Part shown: one piece after another, positions 1 to 8,733 of the stretch
Position numbering within the stretch: the stretch's first letter is position 1
Layout of the letters: each line of letters starts with the position of its first letter
NCBI GenBank assembly: GCA_049697375.1
Contig: JBAVVQ010000017.1
Location: forward strand, 1-36,917
Reading direction: 5' to 3'
From: Rhodomicrobium sp.
GTDB taxonomy: Bacteria > Pseudomonadota > Alphaproteobacteria > Rhizobiales > Rhodomicrobiaceae
DNA: 36,917 bases
Notes under the pieces: generated by a model
The model's input: the letters and a program-made list of their open reading frames with translations, nothing else
Told to the model about the DNA's origin: nothing
The model's database searches: none
Position numbers and translations under genes: made by a program

Positions 1-36
1 GATCTCCTGCGGGATGAGTGGTCTAAACGATAACAT
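1..36 (-). CDS. Possible 5' end of a gene running off the left edge (MLSFRPLIPQEI...)
   Basis: ATG at 36-34 opens a frame that reaches the window edge, and the peptide resembles GNAT-type N-termini. No SD precedes it. Alternatively AGGAGA at 8-3 (minus) is the SD of a start outside the window. Confidence 0.2.
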   Translation of the reverse strand, partial: MLSFRPLIPQEI

Positions 37-144
37 AATTCAGGAGAGGAGTCTTCATATACCAGCTCATGCAACCTCTATGATGTCCAAGCCTCGGAGA
101 AAGCAGAGTATTGGTAGTTTCGAGCAGACCGGATATAGCGAACA

Positions 145-161
145 TTGGCATTATACTTGCG
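145..161 (+). promoter_or_regulatory. sigma54 (-24/-12) promoter-like element
   Basis: TTGGCATTATACTTGCG with GG at 147-148 and GC at 159-160 separated by exactly 10 nt. Confidence 0.4.
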
Positions 162-377
162 GCCGCGCTTACGCCGCGCGCAGGCGCCGAATGGGGGCCT
201 GACACCGGCGTCAAGCCGGAGCAGTTCATCCAATTCAAGGAAGGCGGCGTCGCGGGACACGGCGCGCGCAACCGCTTTGGCGGCCGCTATGCCTTCGCTG
301 GCGATGCGCTCCGCAGTCGGGTGAGGAAGGCCACGCCATTATCGTGAAGAATTCGTTGCCGCCCGGGCCGCGCGCCC

Positions 378-400
378 ATGGTTAATCCCGGGATGGTTAA
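378..400 (-). promoter_or_regulatory. Two CtrA half-sites (TTAACCAT x2)
   Basis: ATGGTTAA at 378-385 and 393-400 flanking the palindrome ATCCCGGGAT. TTAACCAT is the known CtrA 8-mer. Confidence 0.5.
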
Positions 401-483
401 CAGGAGCGCGCCGGATTTATTTCTGGTCATGAGTTTGGTTAGGATTTGGTTTACGCGCAGCGAGACCGAGGAGCGCCGCGTCT

Positions 484-512
484 TTGACCGGGCAGCGGTG
501 AAATAATATAAA
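484..512 (+). promoter_or_regulatory. sigma70-like promoter
   Basis: TTGACC (484-489) - 17 nt - TATAAA (507-512). Confidence 0.4.
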
Positions 513-554
513 GCACTGAAAGTGCTAGATATTTTATTCTTAACAAATTGCCCA

Positions 555-569
555 TTAAATTTAATTTAA
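555..569. promoter_or_regulatory. CtrA full site TTAA-N7-TTAA
   Basis: TTAA ATTTAAT TTAA. It lies in very AT-rich DNA, so a chance match is possible. Confidence 0.45.
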
Positions 570-644
570 TGCCGGAATTATTTCATTTACTGGGACGCGC
601 AAAAGTCCGTTAAATATGTTGAGGCTTTATCTGTTAACCGCGAC

Positions 645-689
645 TGCGCCGCCCGGAGCCGCGGCGGCGCAAGCGCCATCCTGTTTTTT
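645..689 (+). terminator. GC-rich hairpin with a downstream T-run (possible terminator)
   Basis: TGCGCCGCC (645-653) / GGCGGCGCA (663-671), T6 at 684-689. The T-run is 12 nt from the stem, which is atypical. Confidence 0.3.
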
Positions 690-697
690 ATAGATAA

Positions 698-710
698 AAT
701 CAATAGCTTA
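698..710 (+). promoter_or_regulatory. IHF binding site
   Basis: AATCAATAGCTTA is an exact WATCAANNNNTTR match, with an upstream A/T tract. Confidence 0.5.
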
Positions 711-871
711 GTGCCGTTAACGTCTCAGCAAGGCGCTTTTTCATAAAATCCAGGCTCAAGTTTTGCGGAGGTGAATGCAAGCGGATCCGAGGTTGAGTAA
801 GATGCCGGCCTTTGCACGGCGCATAAAAAGCCAGTTCGCCTGTAAGCAGGGTTCTGCGCCGTGGGCGTTGA

Positions 872-1504
872 TTAGGCCTTGGCGCGCGGATGGGCGCGCA
901 GCGCGGTCGATGAGAGCTTCGACAATGGCCCCGACACATAGCACCACGCCGGCGGCGCGAGGTCTGGGAGCATCGCCGCCTTGTCCTCCGGAATGCGATA
1001 CCGGGCGAAGCGGGCGGCGGCGGGGGAAGCCAGCGCCCGATGCCGCCATCCGGGCCGGTCTTCCACGGCTATCGGCATGATCTCAAAAATGGCGCGCCAC
1101 TCATGCCAGCGATGGAAGCTTGCAAGGTTGTCGGCTCCCATGAGCCAGACAAAACGCACGCGCGGCAAACGCTCATACAACCAGGCGAGCGTCTGCGCCG
1201 TGTAAGCGGCGCCAAGTGCGGCCTCGAACGCCGTGACCTTGATACGGGGGTGACGCGTAACGCCCCTCGACAGACGAATCCGCTCGGCAAGCGGCGCAAG
1301 GTCCGCATTGTCCTTGAGCGGATTGCCGGGTGTGACGATCCACCAGACTTGTGAGAGGTTCAGCCGCTTCAGCGCGGTTTCGCTGATGAGCCGGTGTGCG
1401 CGGTGCGGGGGATTGAACGAGCCGCCAAGAAGCCCGATCCGCATTCCGTCCGCTGCCGGCGGAGGCCGCAAATCAGAATCCCAAAGCCAGCCCGGCATCG
1501 TCAT
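872..1504 (-). CDS. nadD: Nicotinate-nucleotide adenylyltransferase
   Basis: [14 protein letters not shown] (HxxH), WLMGADN and LSST motifs. ATGA overlap with proA. Confidence 0.95.
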   Translation of the reverse strand: MTMPGWLWDSDLRPPPAADGMRIGLLGGSFNPPHRAHRLISETALKRLNLSQVWWIVTPGNPLKDNADLAPLAERIRLSRGVTRHPRIKVTAFEAALGAAYTAQTLAWLYERLPRVRFVWLMGADNLASFHRWHEWRAIFEIMPIAVEDRPGWRHRALASPAAARFARYRIPEDKAAMLPDLAPPAWCYVSGPLSKLSSTALRAHPRAKA

Positions 1505-2808
1505 ATGGGCCGCGTCTGTCCATCGCCGCGCACGACGTATTTGAAGGTGGTGAGCTGCTCCACGCCAACCGGCCCGCGCGCATGGAAGCGCCCCGTGGCG
1601 ATGCCGATCTCCGCCCCCATGCCGAATTCGCCGCCATCGGCAAATTGCGTGGACGCGTTGTGCAGGACGATGGCGCTATCGACCTCGCGCAGAAAGGTCT
1701 CAGCCGTGGCGGCATCCTCGGTGACGATGGAGTCCGTGTGCTGCGAACCGTATTTCGAGATGTGCTCAATTGCTCCGCGTACGCCCGGCACGACTTTCAC
1801 GGAGATGATGGCATCGAGATACTCGGTCGCCCAATCCGCTTCGGTGGCAGGAAGAGCGCGCGGATCGGCGGCGCGAGTTGCGTCATCGCCTCGAACCTCG
1901 CAACCGGCATCGAGCAGGGTCGTGACGAGCGGCTGCAAAAGGCGAGGCGCGCCAGCCTCGTCGACAAGGAGGGTTTCGGCCGCCCCGCAAATCCCGGTGC
2001 GCCGCAGCTTGGCGTTGAGCACGATGGCGCGCGCCTTCTCAAAGTCCGCCGCCTTGTCCGCATAGACATGGCAGATGCCTTCCAGATGAGCGAACACGGG
2101 GACGCGCGCCTCCTTCTGCACGCGTTCAACGAGGCTTTTGCCCCCACGAGGGACGACGACGTCGATGGCTCCGCCAAGCCCCTCAAGGAGATGGCCCACC
2201 GCGTCGCGATCCGTGGTCGCCACGAGTTGGATGGCTGTTTCGGGCAGCCCCGCAGCCTTCAGGCCCTTGACAAGGCAGGCGTGAATGGCGCGGTTGCTTT
2301 CGAAGCATTCCGAGCCGCCGCGCAGCACCACGGCATTGCCGGATTTGAGGCAGAGTCCGCCCGCGTCGGCTGTGACGTTGGGGCGGCTTTCATAGATGAT
2401 GCCGACGACGCCCAAGGGGACGCGCACGCGAGAAATTTTCAGGCCATTGGGCCGCCCCCACGCCGCGATGACCTCGCCCACGGGATCGGGCAGGGCGGCG
2501 ATCTCGTCCAGCCCGCGCGCCATGGCTTCGATGCGCGCTTCGGTGAGCATCAGGCGGTCGATAAAGGATTCAGGCCGGCCCGCCTCCCGCGCCGCCTTGC
2601 GGTCGGCGGCATTGGTGTTCAGGATCTCCGCAATGTGCGCCCGCAAGCTCGAAGCCGCCGCGCGGAGCGCCTCATTCCTTTGGCTTGTCGGCGCGAGCGC
2701 CAATATTTTCGCGGCAGCTCTTGCCTTCTGCCCGACAGCAAGCAGGTCCGTCTTCGAAAGGCGCTGATCGAGCGTGTAATCGGCAATGGAGGTCATTTTG
2801 TCGGCCAA
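1501..2808 (-). CDS. proA: Glutamate-5-semialdehyde dehydrogenase
   Basis: [43 protein letters not shown]. Start is TTG 2808 or ATG 2796. Confidence 0.97.
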   Translation of the reverse strand: MADKMTSIADYTLDQRLSKTDLLAVGQKARAAAKILALAPTSQRNEALRAAASSLRAHIAEILNTNAADRKAAREAGRPESFIDRLMLTEARIEAMARGLDEIAALPDPVGEVIAAWGRPNGLKISRVRVPLGVVGIIYESRPNVTADAGGLCLKSGNAVVLRGGSECFESNRAIHACLVKGLKAAGLPETAIQLVATTDRDAVGHLLEGLGGAIDVVVPRGGKSLVERVQKEARVPVFAHLEGICHVYADKAADFEKARAIVLNAKLRRTGICGAAETLLVDEAGAPRLLQPLVTTLLDAGCEVRGDDATRAADPRALPATEADWATEYLDAIISVKVVPGVRGAIEHISKYGSQHTDSIVTEDAATAETFLREVDSAIVLHNASTQFADGGEFGMGAEIGIATGRFHARGPVGVEQLTTFKYVVRGDGQTRPI

Positions 2809-2820
2809 TCAGATAAGTTT

Positions 2821-3972
2821 TTAAACGAGGTCGCGATGAAGCGCCATGTCGTCGCGATGAATAAGGGCGGTCCGGCCAGCATAGCCAAGGGTGGCGACGA
2901 TTTCCATGGAATTGCGGCCCGCGATCAGGGCCGTTTCCTCGGCGGTATAGGCGATCAGCCCGCGGCCGACCTCCCGCCCCGATCCATCACGGATGATGAC
3001 GGCTTCGCCGCGCTCGAACTGGCCGCTGACGCTTTTGACGCCGGCGGGAAGCAGGCTTCGGCCCGCCTGAAGCGCAGCGCGCGCGCCATCGTCGATCACG
3101 ACGACCCCTTTCGGCTCCAGCGTGCCCGCGATCCAGCGCTTGCGCGCCGTGACAGGATTGGCGGCCGCGAGAAACCAGGTGCAGGGCGCCCCCTCGCCAA
3201 GCGCGCGAAGCGGATGCAACTCCTTGCCGGAAGCGATGACCATGTGGGTGCCAGCCGCAACCGCAATCTTGGCGGCAGTCAGCTTCGTGATCATCCCACC
3301 GCGGGATAGAACCGTGCCTGCGTCGCCTGCCATGGCTTCGATTTCGGCCGTGATCGCGGTTACCACATCAAGCCGCTCGGCATTGGGATCTTGCGCGGGC
3401 GGCGCCGTATAAAGCCCGTCGATGTCGGACAAAAGAACGAGGCAATCGGCCGTCATCATGGTGGCGACACGAGCGGCGAGCCTGTCGTTGTCTCCATAGC
3501 GGATCTCCGATGTCGCAACCGTGTCGTTCTCATTGACGACCGGGATCGCCCCGAGCTTGAGAAGAGTTTCGATAGTGTTGCGCGCGTTGAGGTAGCGCCG
3601 CCTCTCTTCGGTGTCGCCAAGCGTAACGAGGATTTGCGCCGTCGTGAGCCCACGTTCGCGGAAAACGGTTTGATAGGCATGCGCCAGGTTGATCTGCCCG
3701 ACCGAGGCTGCGGCCTGCGCTTCTTCAAGCCGAAGCGGCCCTGGATTGAGGCCGAGCGCCCGCCGCCCGAGCGCGATAGCCCCCGAAGACACGAGGATCA
3801 CGTCGCGCCCCTCGGCTTTGAGCGCCGCGACATCGTCGCCGATCGCCTCCAGCCAGGATTGCTTCAGCGCGCCTGTCGGCCGGTCGGTCAACAGGGCCGA
3901 GCCAATCTTGACGGTGATGCGCCGCGCGTTGCGCCATTCCGGACGCGCGGAGTGGGTGATCGTAAAGGTCAT
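2821..3972 (-). CDS. proB: Glutamate 5-kinase (with PUA domain)
   Basis: [33 protein letters not shown] and a C-terminal IHRDD. Confidence 0.97.
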   Translation of the reverse strand: MTFTITHSARPEWRNARRITVKIGSALLTDRPTGALKQSWLEAIGDDVAALKAEGRDVILVSSGAIALGRRALGLNPGPLRLEEAQAAASVGQINLAHAYQTVFRERGLTTAQILVTLGDTEERRRYLNARNTIETLLKLGAIPVVNENDTVATSEIRYGDNDRLAARVATMMTADCLVLLSDIDGLYTAPPAQDPNAERLDVVTAITAEIEAMAGDAGTVLSRGGMITKLTAAKIAVAAGTHMVIASGKELHPLRALGEGAPCTWFLAAANPVTARKRWIAGTLEPKGVVVIDDGARAALQAGRSLLPAGVKSVSGQFERGEAVIIRDGSGREVGRGLIAYTAEETALIAGRNSMEIVATLGYAGRTALIHRDDMALHRDLV

Positions 3973-4005
3973 GATGTGTTGAGGAACGCCGATTTTGGCG
4001 AGCCG

Positions 4006-4503
4006 TCAAGCCACCTGCTGCGGGCGCTTGGCCGCCGCCTTCGCGGCGAAGGAAAGGGGCAGCGCGGTCGTGAACTTGATTTGCTCCATGGCAAAGCTCG
4101 AGCTTACATCGGTAAGATCGATCTGCGAGATGAAAGCTTTGTAAAACCGGTCGTAGCTTGCAATGTCGGGGACGGCCACCCGGAGCAGATAATCGACCTG
4201 GCCGCTCATGCGATAGGCTTCGACGATTTCCGGAAAGCTCGTGACCACGGCGTTGAAGCGTTCGAGCCATGCAGCATTATGCTGATTTGTCGTAATGGCC
4301 ACGAATACAGTCACGCCTGCGCTGACGCTTTGCGGGTCGAGGAGCGCAACGCGGCGCTGGATGACGCCATCCTGCTCCAGTTTCTGAATACGGCGCCAGC
4401 AGGGCGTCGTGGACAATCCAACCTTTTTCCCGATTTCCGCGACAGGTAGGGTGCTATCCTCCTGGAGGATTGTCAGTATTTTTATGTCCATTGTGTCGAG
4501 CAT
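4006..4503 (-). CDS. Lrp/AsnC family regulator, DecR(YbaO)-like subfamily
   Basis: HTH IGKKVGLSTTPCWRRIQKLE. The C-terminal YRMSGQVDYLL...YDRFYK...DVSSSFAMEQIKFTT matches the DecR/YbaO pattern. Confidence 0.92.
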   Translation of the reverse strand: MLDTMDIKILTILQEDSTLPVAEIGKKVGLSTTPCWRRIQKLEQDGVIQRRVALLDPQSVSAGVTVFVAITTNQHNAAWLERFNAVVTSFPEIVEAYRMSGQVDYLLRVAVPDIASYDRFYKAFISQIDLTDVSSSFAMEQIKFTTALPLSFAAKAAAKRPQQVA

Positions 4504-4512
4504 CGGCGTGTC

Positions 4513-4527
4513 CAGAAAATCTTTTTA
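4513..4527. promoter_or_regulatory. Lrp-box-like site immediately upstream of the Lrp-family gene
   Basis: CAGAAAATCTTTTTA matches 13/15 of the E. coli Lrp consensus YAGHAWATTWTDCTR. Confidence 0.35.
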
Positions 4528-4612
4528 GGAGCGCGCGCCCACATACGCGGAAGGTGCCTATTTTAGAGGCATTTGTGGTTGATGTATAGAAAAAAATACC
4601 CTTTTTGGGTTG

Positions 4613-5356
4613 TTATATAACAACCGAAAGCCCATCCTCGGCCAGGATGCAGCGGCTGGCGTCGATCTTATCGGCAGCAGCGAGCATTTCGGGGCTCATA
4701 TGGGTCAGCAGATAGCGCTTTGCCCTGATGGTCTCGAACTTCTCGGCAAGCGTCAGATAGTCGAGATGCACCGAGGTCTTTGTGCTGAACGTTGTGCATT
4801 CAATGAGATAAAGATCGGCTCCCCGGCCGGCCTTGATCACCCCTTCGCACCAGCCGCTATCCCCGGAGAAGGCAAAGCGTTTCGCGCCATCGCTTATGCT
4901 CAAGGCAAGCGAAGGCGAACCCGAATAATGATCGACTTCCTGAGCCGATATCTGAATGCCCCGCCATGAACTTGTCTGACCGGGTTCAAGTTCGCGGTAG
5001 AGAATTTCGAAATCCTTGGGAAAGCTGGAAAGCGAAGGATAGAGCGCTTCAAAAAGATCAGTCATGCGCCCTGCAATACCGGGGGGCCCTAGTATTTCGA
5101 CCGGCTTCGGCCCCCGTTCCACGAACATCCTGTCCAGAAGAAGGAAAGGCACGCCGCCAAAGTGATCGCCATGGCAATGGCTGATCACGATAGCATCGAT
5201 AGAGGCCACTTCTATGTCTGCGCGCTTCAGGGCCAGCGGCGAGTTCGCGCCGCAGTCCAGCATAAGCCGGCCTTGGGCCGTATCGAGGAGGTAGCAGCTG
5301 TGATAGCGGCCACCCGAGCTAAATGCGTCGCTGCATCCTAGGACCGTGAGCCTCAT
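4613..5356 (-). CDS. MBL-fold metallo-hydrolase (RNase Z/BN-like)
   Basis: LTVLGCSDA, LDCG, SHCHGDH (HxHxDH), FSGDS, LTHM. Confidence 0.9.
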   Translation of the reverse strand: MRLTVLGCSDAFSSGGRYHSCYLLDTAQGRLMLDCGANSPLALKRADIEVASIDAIVISHCHGDHFGGVPFLLLDRMFVERGPKPVEILGPPGIAGRMTDLFEALYPSLSSFPKDFEILYRELEPGQTSSWRGIQISAQEVDHYSGSPSLALSISDGAKRFAFSGDSGWCEGVIKAGRGADLYLIECTTFSTKTSVHLDYLTLAEKFETIRAKRYLLTHMSPEMLAAADKIDASRCILAEDGLSVVI

Positions 5357-5362
5357 GGTGCC

Positions 5363-5974
5363 TCATGCTTTGTGAGAGGGCCGGGACGACACCTGCGCAT
5401 ACCATCGTTTGAAGTGCAAGGCTTCGTCCGGAATGGTGAGGCGGGCAGGCTTCATGAAATCGGTTGCTATCATGGCGGTGATGTCCGCGACGGAAAAATC
5501 TTCTCCCGCGAGATATGGGGCGGCGCTCAATCTCTCGTCCAAAATTCGAATGATCTCAGCCACTCGCGGCTTGTTCGCTTCGGCCCAGGCAGGGATTTGG
5601 GGGATTTCGAGATGAGCCATGGCCGGATTCGTGTGCCGGAAGTACTGAGCCACGGGTTGGAAGAAATTGAGTTCGGCGCGCCGGTTCCACATCTCGATCA
5701 TCCCGATCTCGATTGGCGTCTTGCCGAAAAGGGGAGGGTCCGGCTGAACGGCTTCGAAATAACGGCAGATCGCCATGCTCTCCGAGATGGCGGCGCCGTC
5801 ATTTAGGATTAGAACCGGCACGCGCTGGACCGGATTGACCTCGGCGAGAGCCGCCGATTTGTGCGCGCCGCTCATGATATCGACCTGCTCGAAAGGGACA
5901 TGAATCCCTTTCTCTGCCAGGAAAACCCGCACCCGGCGCGGATTCGGCGCCCGTCTTTCATCCAGGATTTTCAT
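5363..5974 (-). CDS. Glutathione S-transferase family protein
   Basis: PNPRRVRVFLAEKG, NPVQRVPVL, ISESMAICRY, FSVADI. Start placed at ATG 5974. Confidence 0.93.
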   Translation of the reverse strand: MKILDERRAPNPRRVRVFLAEKGIHVPFEQVDIMSGAHKSAALAEVNPVQRVPVLILNDGAAISESMAICRYFEAVQPDPPLFGKTPIEIGMIEMWNRRAELNFFQPVAQYFRHTNPAMAHLEIPQIPAWAEANKPRVAEIIRILDERLSAAPYLAGEDFSVADITAMIATDFMKPARLTIPDEALHFKRWYAQVSSRPSHKA

Positions 5975-6108
5975 TGTTAAACCACATCGCAAGACTTTCA
6001 CGCTAGCGCATGGAAGTAAGGCTACGTTTAAGAACGTCAACGTTCCATCAACCGTAAATTAGCACTTTTGAGTAATCATCTCCTTACTGGCGCGTTTGAG
6101 GACGCAAA

Positions 6109-7656
6109 GTGCGCCACGTCTCTCCAGAAATGGATCCCGGGTTGATGAGTATTGCTGGCTCTGTAAACTGGCGCGAATTCGCTTTGCAAGGCAGCAAAAG
6201 GCAAAAAGCCGTTGCCAAGCATGCCCCTGAGGCCACCGCCACGGTCAATCGGGATTTCGCTTACGAACTTCTACTGATGTTCGTGCGTAACGAAAGGGTG
6301 GCGGCCCTGACCGTGCCCATTCTCGCGATCGTCGTCGCCGTCACGATGCTGAACTGGGGGAATCCACGCCAGCTTTTCTTATGGCTCGCCACCATCTTCA
6401 TTTCGGAAGGCATCCTGCTTGCGCTGTGCCGCATGTTTCGCAAGCAGCCTCGGGAAACCGTCGATCTTTACCAGTGGCAGCGGAACCTTGCCGCAGCCGA
6501 GTTCCTCTATGGCGTGTGCTGGGCGGCTATCGCCTTTACCGAATTCCATCACAACAACGAAGCCGCTTATTTCTTCCTTTTCGCGGCTTTGACTGTGGTG
6601 ACAGCGATCAGGATGCTGTTCGCCGCTTCGGTCATGCCGATCCTTCATGCGGGCACGGCGCCGGTGACGGGCGCCCTTGCGCTGCGGTTCCTCATGACGG
6701 GAGACGCCTTCTATTGGCTCATGGCGGTTGTCGCCATCGGCATCCACTTCTATTTCATCTTCCTTGTGAAGAATTTACAGCGCACGGCTCTTTCGATGCT
6801 GGATTACCGTGCGGAGAAAGACCGCCTCATCGATGAGCTTGGCCAAGCCAAAACGGCTTCCGATGAGGCTCGCATCAAGGCGGAAGCAGCCAATTTAGCG
6901 AAATCGAAGTTTCTAGCTAATATGAGTCATGAACTTCGGACTCCGCTGAACGCCATCATGGGCTTCTCCGAGATGATCAAGGATGAGGTTCTTGGTCCCG
7001 TTGGGAACGCAACGTACAAGTCCTACGCCAGCGACATTCATGAGTCCGGAAACCATCTTCTGAAGCTCATCAATGAGATACTCGATCTTTCCAGGATCGA
7101 GGCAGGCCGCTACGAGCTTTCCGAAAAGGTGCTCGATTTCGGCAATATCCCCTTGGAAAGCATCCGGATTTTGCGGCTCGACGCACAGGCCAAGAAGCTG
7201 CGCGTCGTGACCGATTTCAAGCCGGAAATGCTGCGCGTCTTCGCCGATGAGCGCGCGCTCCGGCAGATTTGCCTGAACCTGATTTCGAACGCGATCAAAT
7301 TCACGCCGGAGAGCGGTGTCATCGTTGTTCGGACCGGCATCCTGCCCAGCGGCGAAGCCATTCTGGCCGTTCGCGACAACGGCCCCGGCATTCCCCAGGA
7401 GGAAATCGCGCGGGTGTTAAGCGCCTTCGGGCAGGGGTCGTTAGCGCTCAAAATGCGCGATGGGGGAACAGGCTTAGGGCTGCCGATCGTCACCGGACTT
7501 GCCGAGTTGCATGGCGGCCGCTTTGAGCTGCGCAGCAAGGTCGGCGTGGGCACGGAAGCTTCCGTAATCCTGCCGAAGACGCGCGTCGTGCCGAACGCCC
7601 TTCAACCGCGCAAACAGGCCGAGAACGTTATGCCCCTTCCAGTGCGGGCCGCGTGA
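6109..7656 (+). CDS. Membrane-bound sensor histidine kinase, PleC/DivJ(PdhS)-type HisKA
   Basis: About 6 hydrophobic segments, H-box AKSKFLANMSHELRTPLNAIMGFSEMI, N box NLISNAIKF, DNGPGI, GTGLGL. Start uncertain (6109/6130/6145). Confidence 0.92.
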   Translation: MRHVSPEMDPGLMSIAGSVNWREFALQGSKRQKAVAKHAPEATATVNRDFAYELLLMFVRNERVAALTVPILAIVVAVTMLNWGNPRQLFLWLATIFISEGILLALCRMFRKQPRETVDLYQWQRNLAAAEFLYGVCWAAIAFTEFHHNNEAAYFFLFAALTVVTAIRMLFAASVMPILHAGTAPVTGALALRFLMTGDAFYWLMAVVAIGIHFYFIFLVKNLQRTALSMLDYRAEKDRLIDELGQAKTASDEARIKAEAANLAKSKFLANMSHELRTPLNAIMGFSEMIKDEVLGPVGNATYKSYASDIHESGNHLLKLINEILDLSRIEAGRYELSEKVLDFGNIPLESIRILRLDAQAKKLRVVTDFKPEMLRVFADERALRQICLNLISNAIKFTPESGVIVVRTGILPSGEAILAVRDNGPGIPQEEIARVLSAFGQGSLALKMRDGGTGLGLPIVTGLAELHGGRFELRSKVGVGTEASVILPKTRVVPNALQPRKQAENVMPLPVRAA

Positions 7657-7677
7657 GCCCGCATGGAGAGCGTGATT

Positions 7678-8223
7678 TCAATGGCCGTCGAAGGCCACGA
7701 GCGCGTGTGAGCGGACCTGATGATCGGCTTCGAGCCGCTTCATCCCGCCAAGCTCCGGAAGGTCGACAATAAAAGCGGCGCCGACGACCACGCCGCCCAC
7801 CCGCCGTATGAGCTTCACCGCCGCTTCCACCGTGCCACCGGTTGCAATCAGATCGTCAATGATGAGGACGCGCTCGCCTGGCTGGATGGCGTCTTCATGC
7901 ATTTCGATGATGTCCGTGCCGTATTCGAGCTGGTAATCCTGCCCGATGGCGCGCCAAGGAAGCTTGCCTTTCTTGCGGATCGGAATGAAGCCCGTGTTGA
8001 GCCTGTCCGCTACCGCGCCGCCTACGATGAAACCGCGCGCCTCGATTCCAGCCACGGCGTCAACCTTCATGTCCTCGAAGGGCTCAGCGAGCCTTCTGAT
8101 CGAAGCGCGGAAGCCCTGAGCGTGGCCGATCAGCGTGGTGATGTCCCGGAACATGATGCCGGCCTTCGGATAGTCCGGAATGGTGCGAATTAGCTCTTTC
8201 AGGTCGAGATTATCGTAGGTCAT
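7678..8223 (-). CDS. apt: Adenine phosphoribosyltransferase
   Basis: IPDYPKAGIMFRDIT, GIEARGF, RKKGKLP, IIDDLIATGGT. SD GGAAGGA before ATG 8223. Confidence 0.97.
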   Translation of the reverse strand: MTYDNLDLKELIRTIPDYPKAGIMFRDITTLIGHAQGFRASIRRLAEPFEDMKVDAVAGIEARGFIVGGAVADRLNTGFIPIRKKGKLPWRAIGQDYQLEYGTDIIEMHEDAIQPGERVLIIDDLIATGGTVEAAVKLIRRVGGVVVGAAFIVDLPELGGMKRLEADHQVRSHALVAFDGH

Positions 8224-8342
8224 GAACGGTCCTTCCGCGCGAAGAGGCACGCGTTCACGCGGCCCGCCAAGCGCTTAGCAATGCATCCCAGGCTTTTCAA
8301 CAGGATTTCTGGGATTCGAAGCCGCGGTTTTTGATTTCGGCG

Positions 8343-8368
8343 GGAACAGGGAGGCGCCCAGTCTCGTT
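8343..8368 (+). promoter_or_regulatory. sigma-EcfG (general stress response) promoter
   Basis: GGAAC (8343-8347) - 17 nt - CGTT (8365-8368), an exact consensus match. Confidence 0.7.
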
Positions 8369-8399
8369 ATAAGGTCGTTGTCTAAAGAGGAGCCCCCGC

Positions 8400-8513
8400 A
8401 TGTCTCACGAAGCAATCATTGCAGCCTTGCTGGCTCTTGCCGCATACGGAACAGCAACCCAGAATACCCCTGTCAAAGCCGGTGAAGTAAAAAGCGGAAC
8501 ACAAAAGGGTTAG
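8400..8513 (+). CDS. 37-aa small protein MSHEAIIAALLALAAYGTATQNTPVKAGEVKSGTQKG (not in the ORF track)
   Basis: SD AGAGGAG (8386-8392) 7 nt before ATG, EcfG promoter upstream, hydrophobic N-terminal core, TAG at 8511-8513. Confidence 0.6.
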   Translation: MSHEAIIAALLALAAYGTATQNTPVKAGEVKSGTQKG

Positions 8514-8733
8514 CGGTCTGACACACAGGTTAGCAACTTAGTGAAGTCGCTTGCGCCTGATCTTCGTGCGCACACCTCGAGGTAATTGACGATTACAATC
8601 TCTCAAAATCGTTCGGCTGAACGGACCGTTCTCAAATGTAAGATTGGGCGACGCCTCCCGGACATGCTGAGCAGCCTTCCTTAAACCCTTCCTTTGCTTG
8701 ACAATGAATGGGCGCGATCGCTTACCTGACGGT

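Noticed and set aside
111..347. 78-aa plus-strand ORF
   Set aside because: In codon register with the more gene-like minus frame, has shadow-ORF composition and no SD
360..760. Chromosomal replication origin (AT-rich, CtrA, IHF)
   Set aside because: No DnaA boxes (TTATCCACA/TGATCCACA) found by eye, and no hemE/dnaA/parAB context
1582..4449. Long plus-strand ORFs (575 aa, 352 aa)
   Set aside because: Antisense shadows of proA/proB/lrp, typical of GC-rich DNA
6048..6063. CtrA-like TCAA-N7-TTAGC upstream of the kinase
   Set aside because: Two mismatches in AT-rich DNA, so not distinguishable from chance
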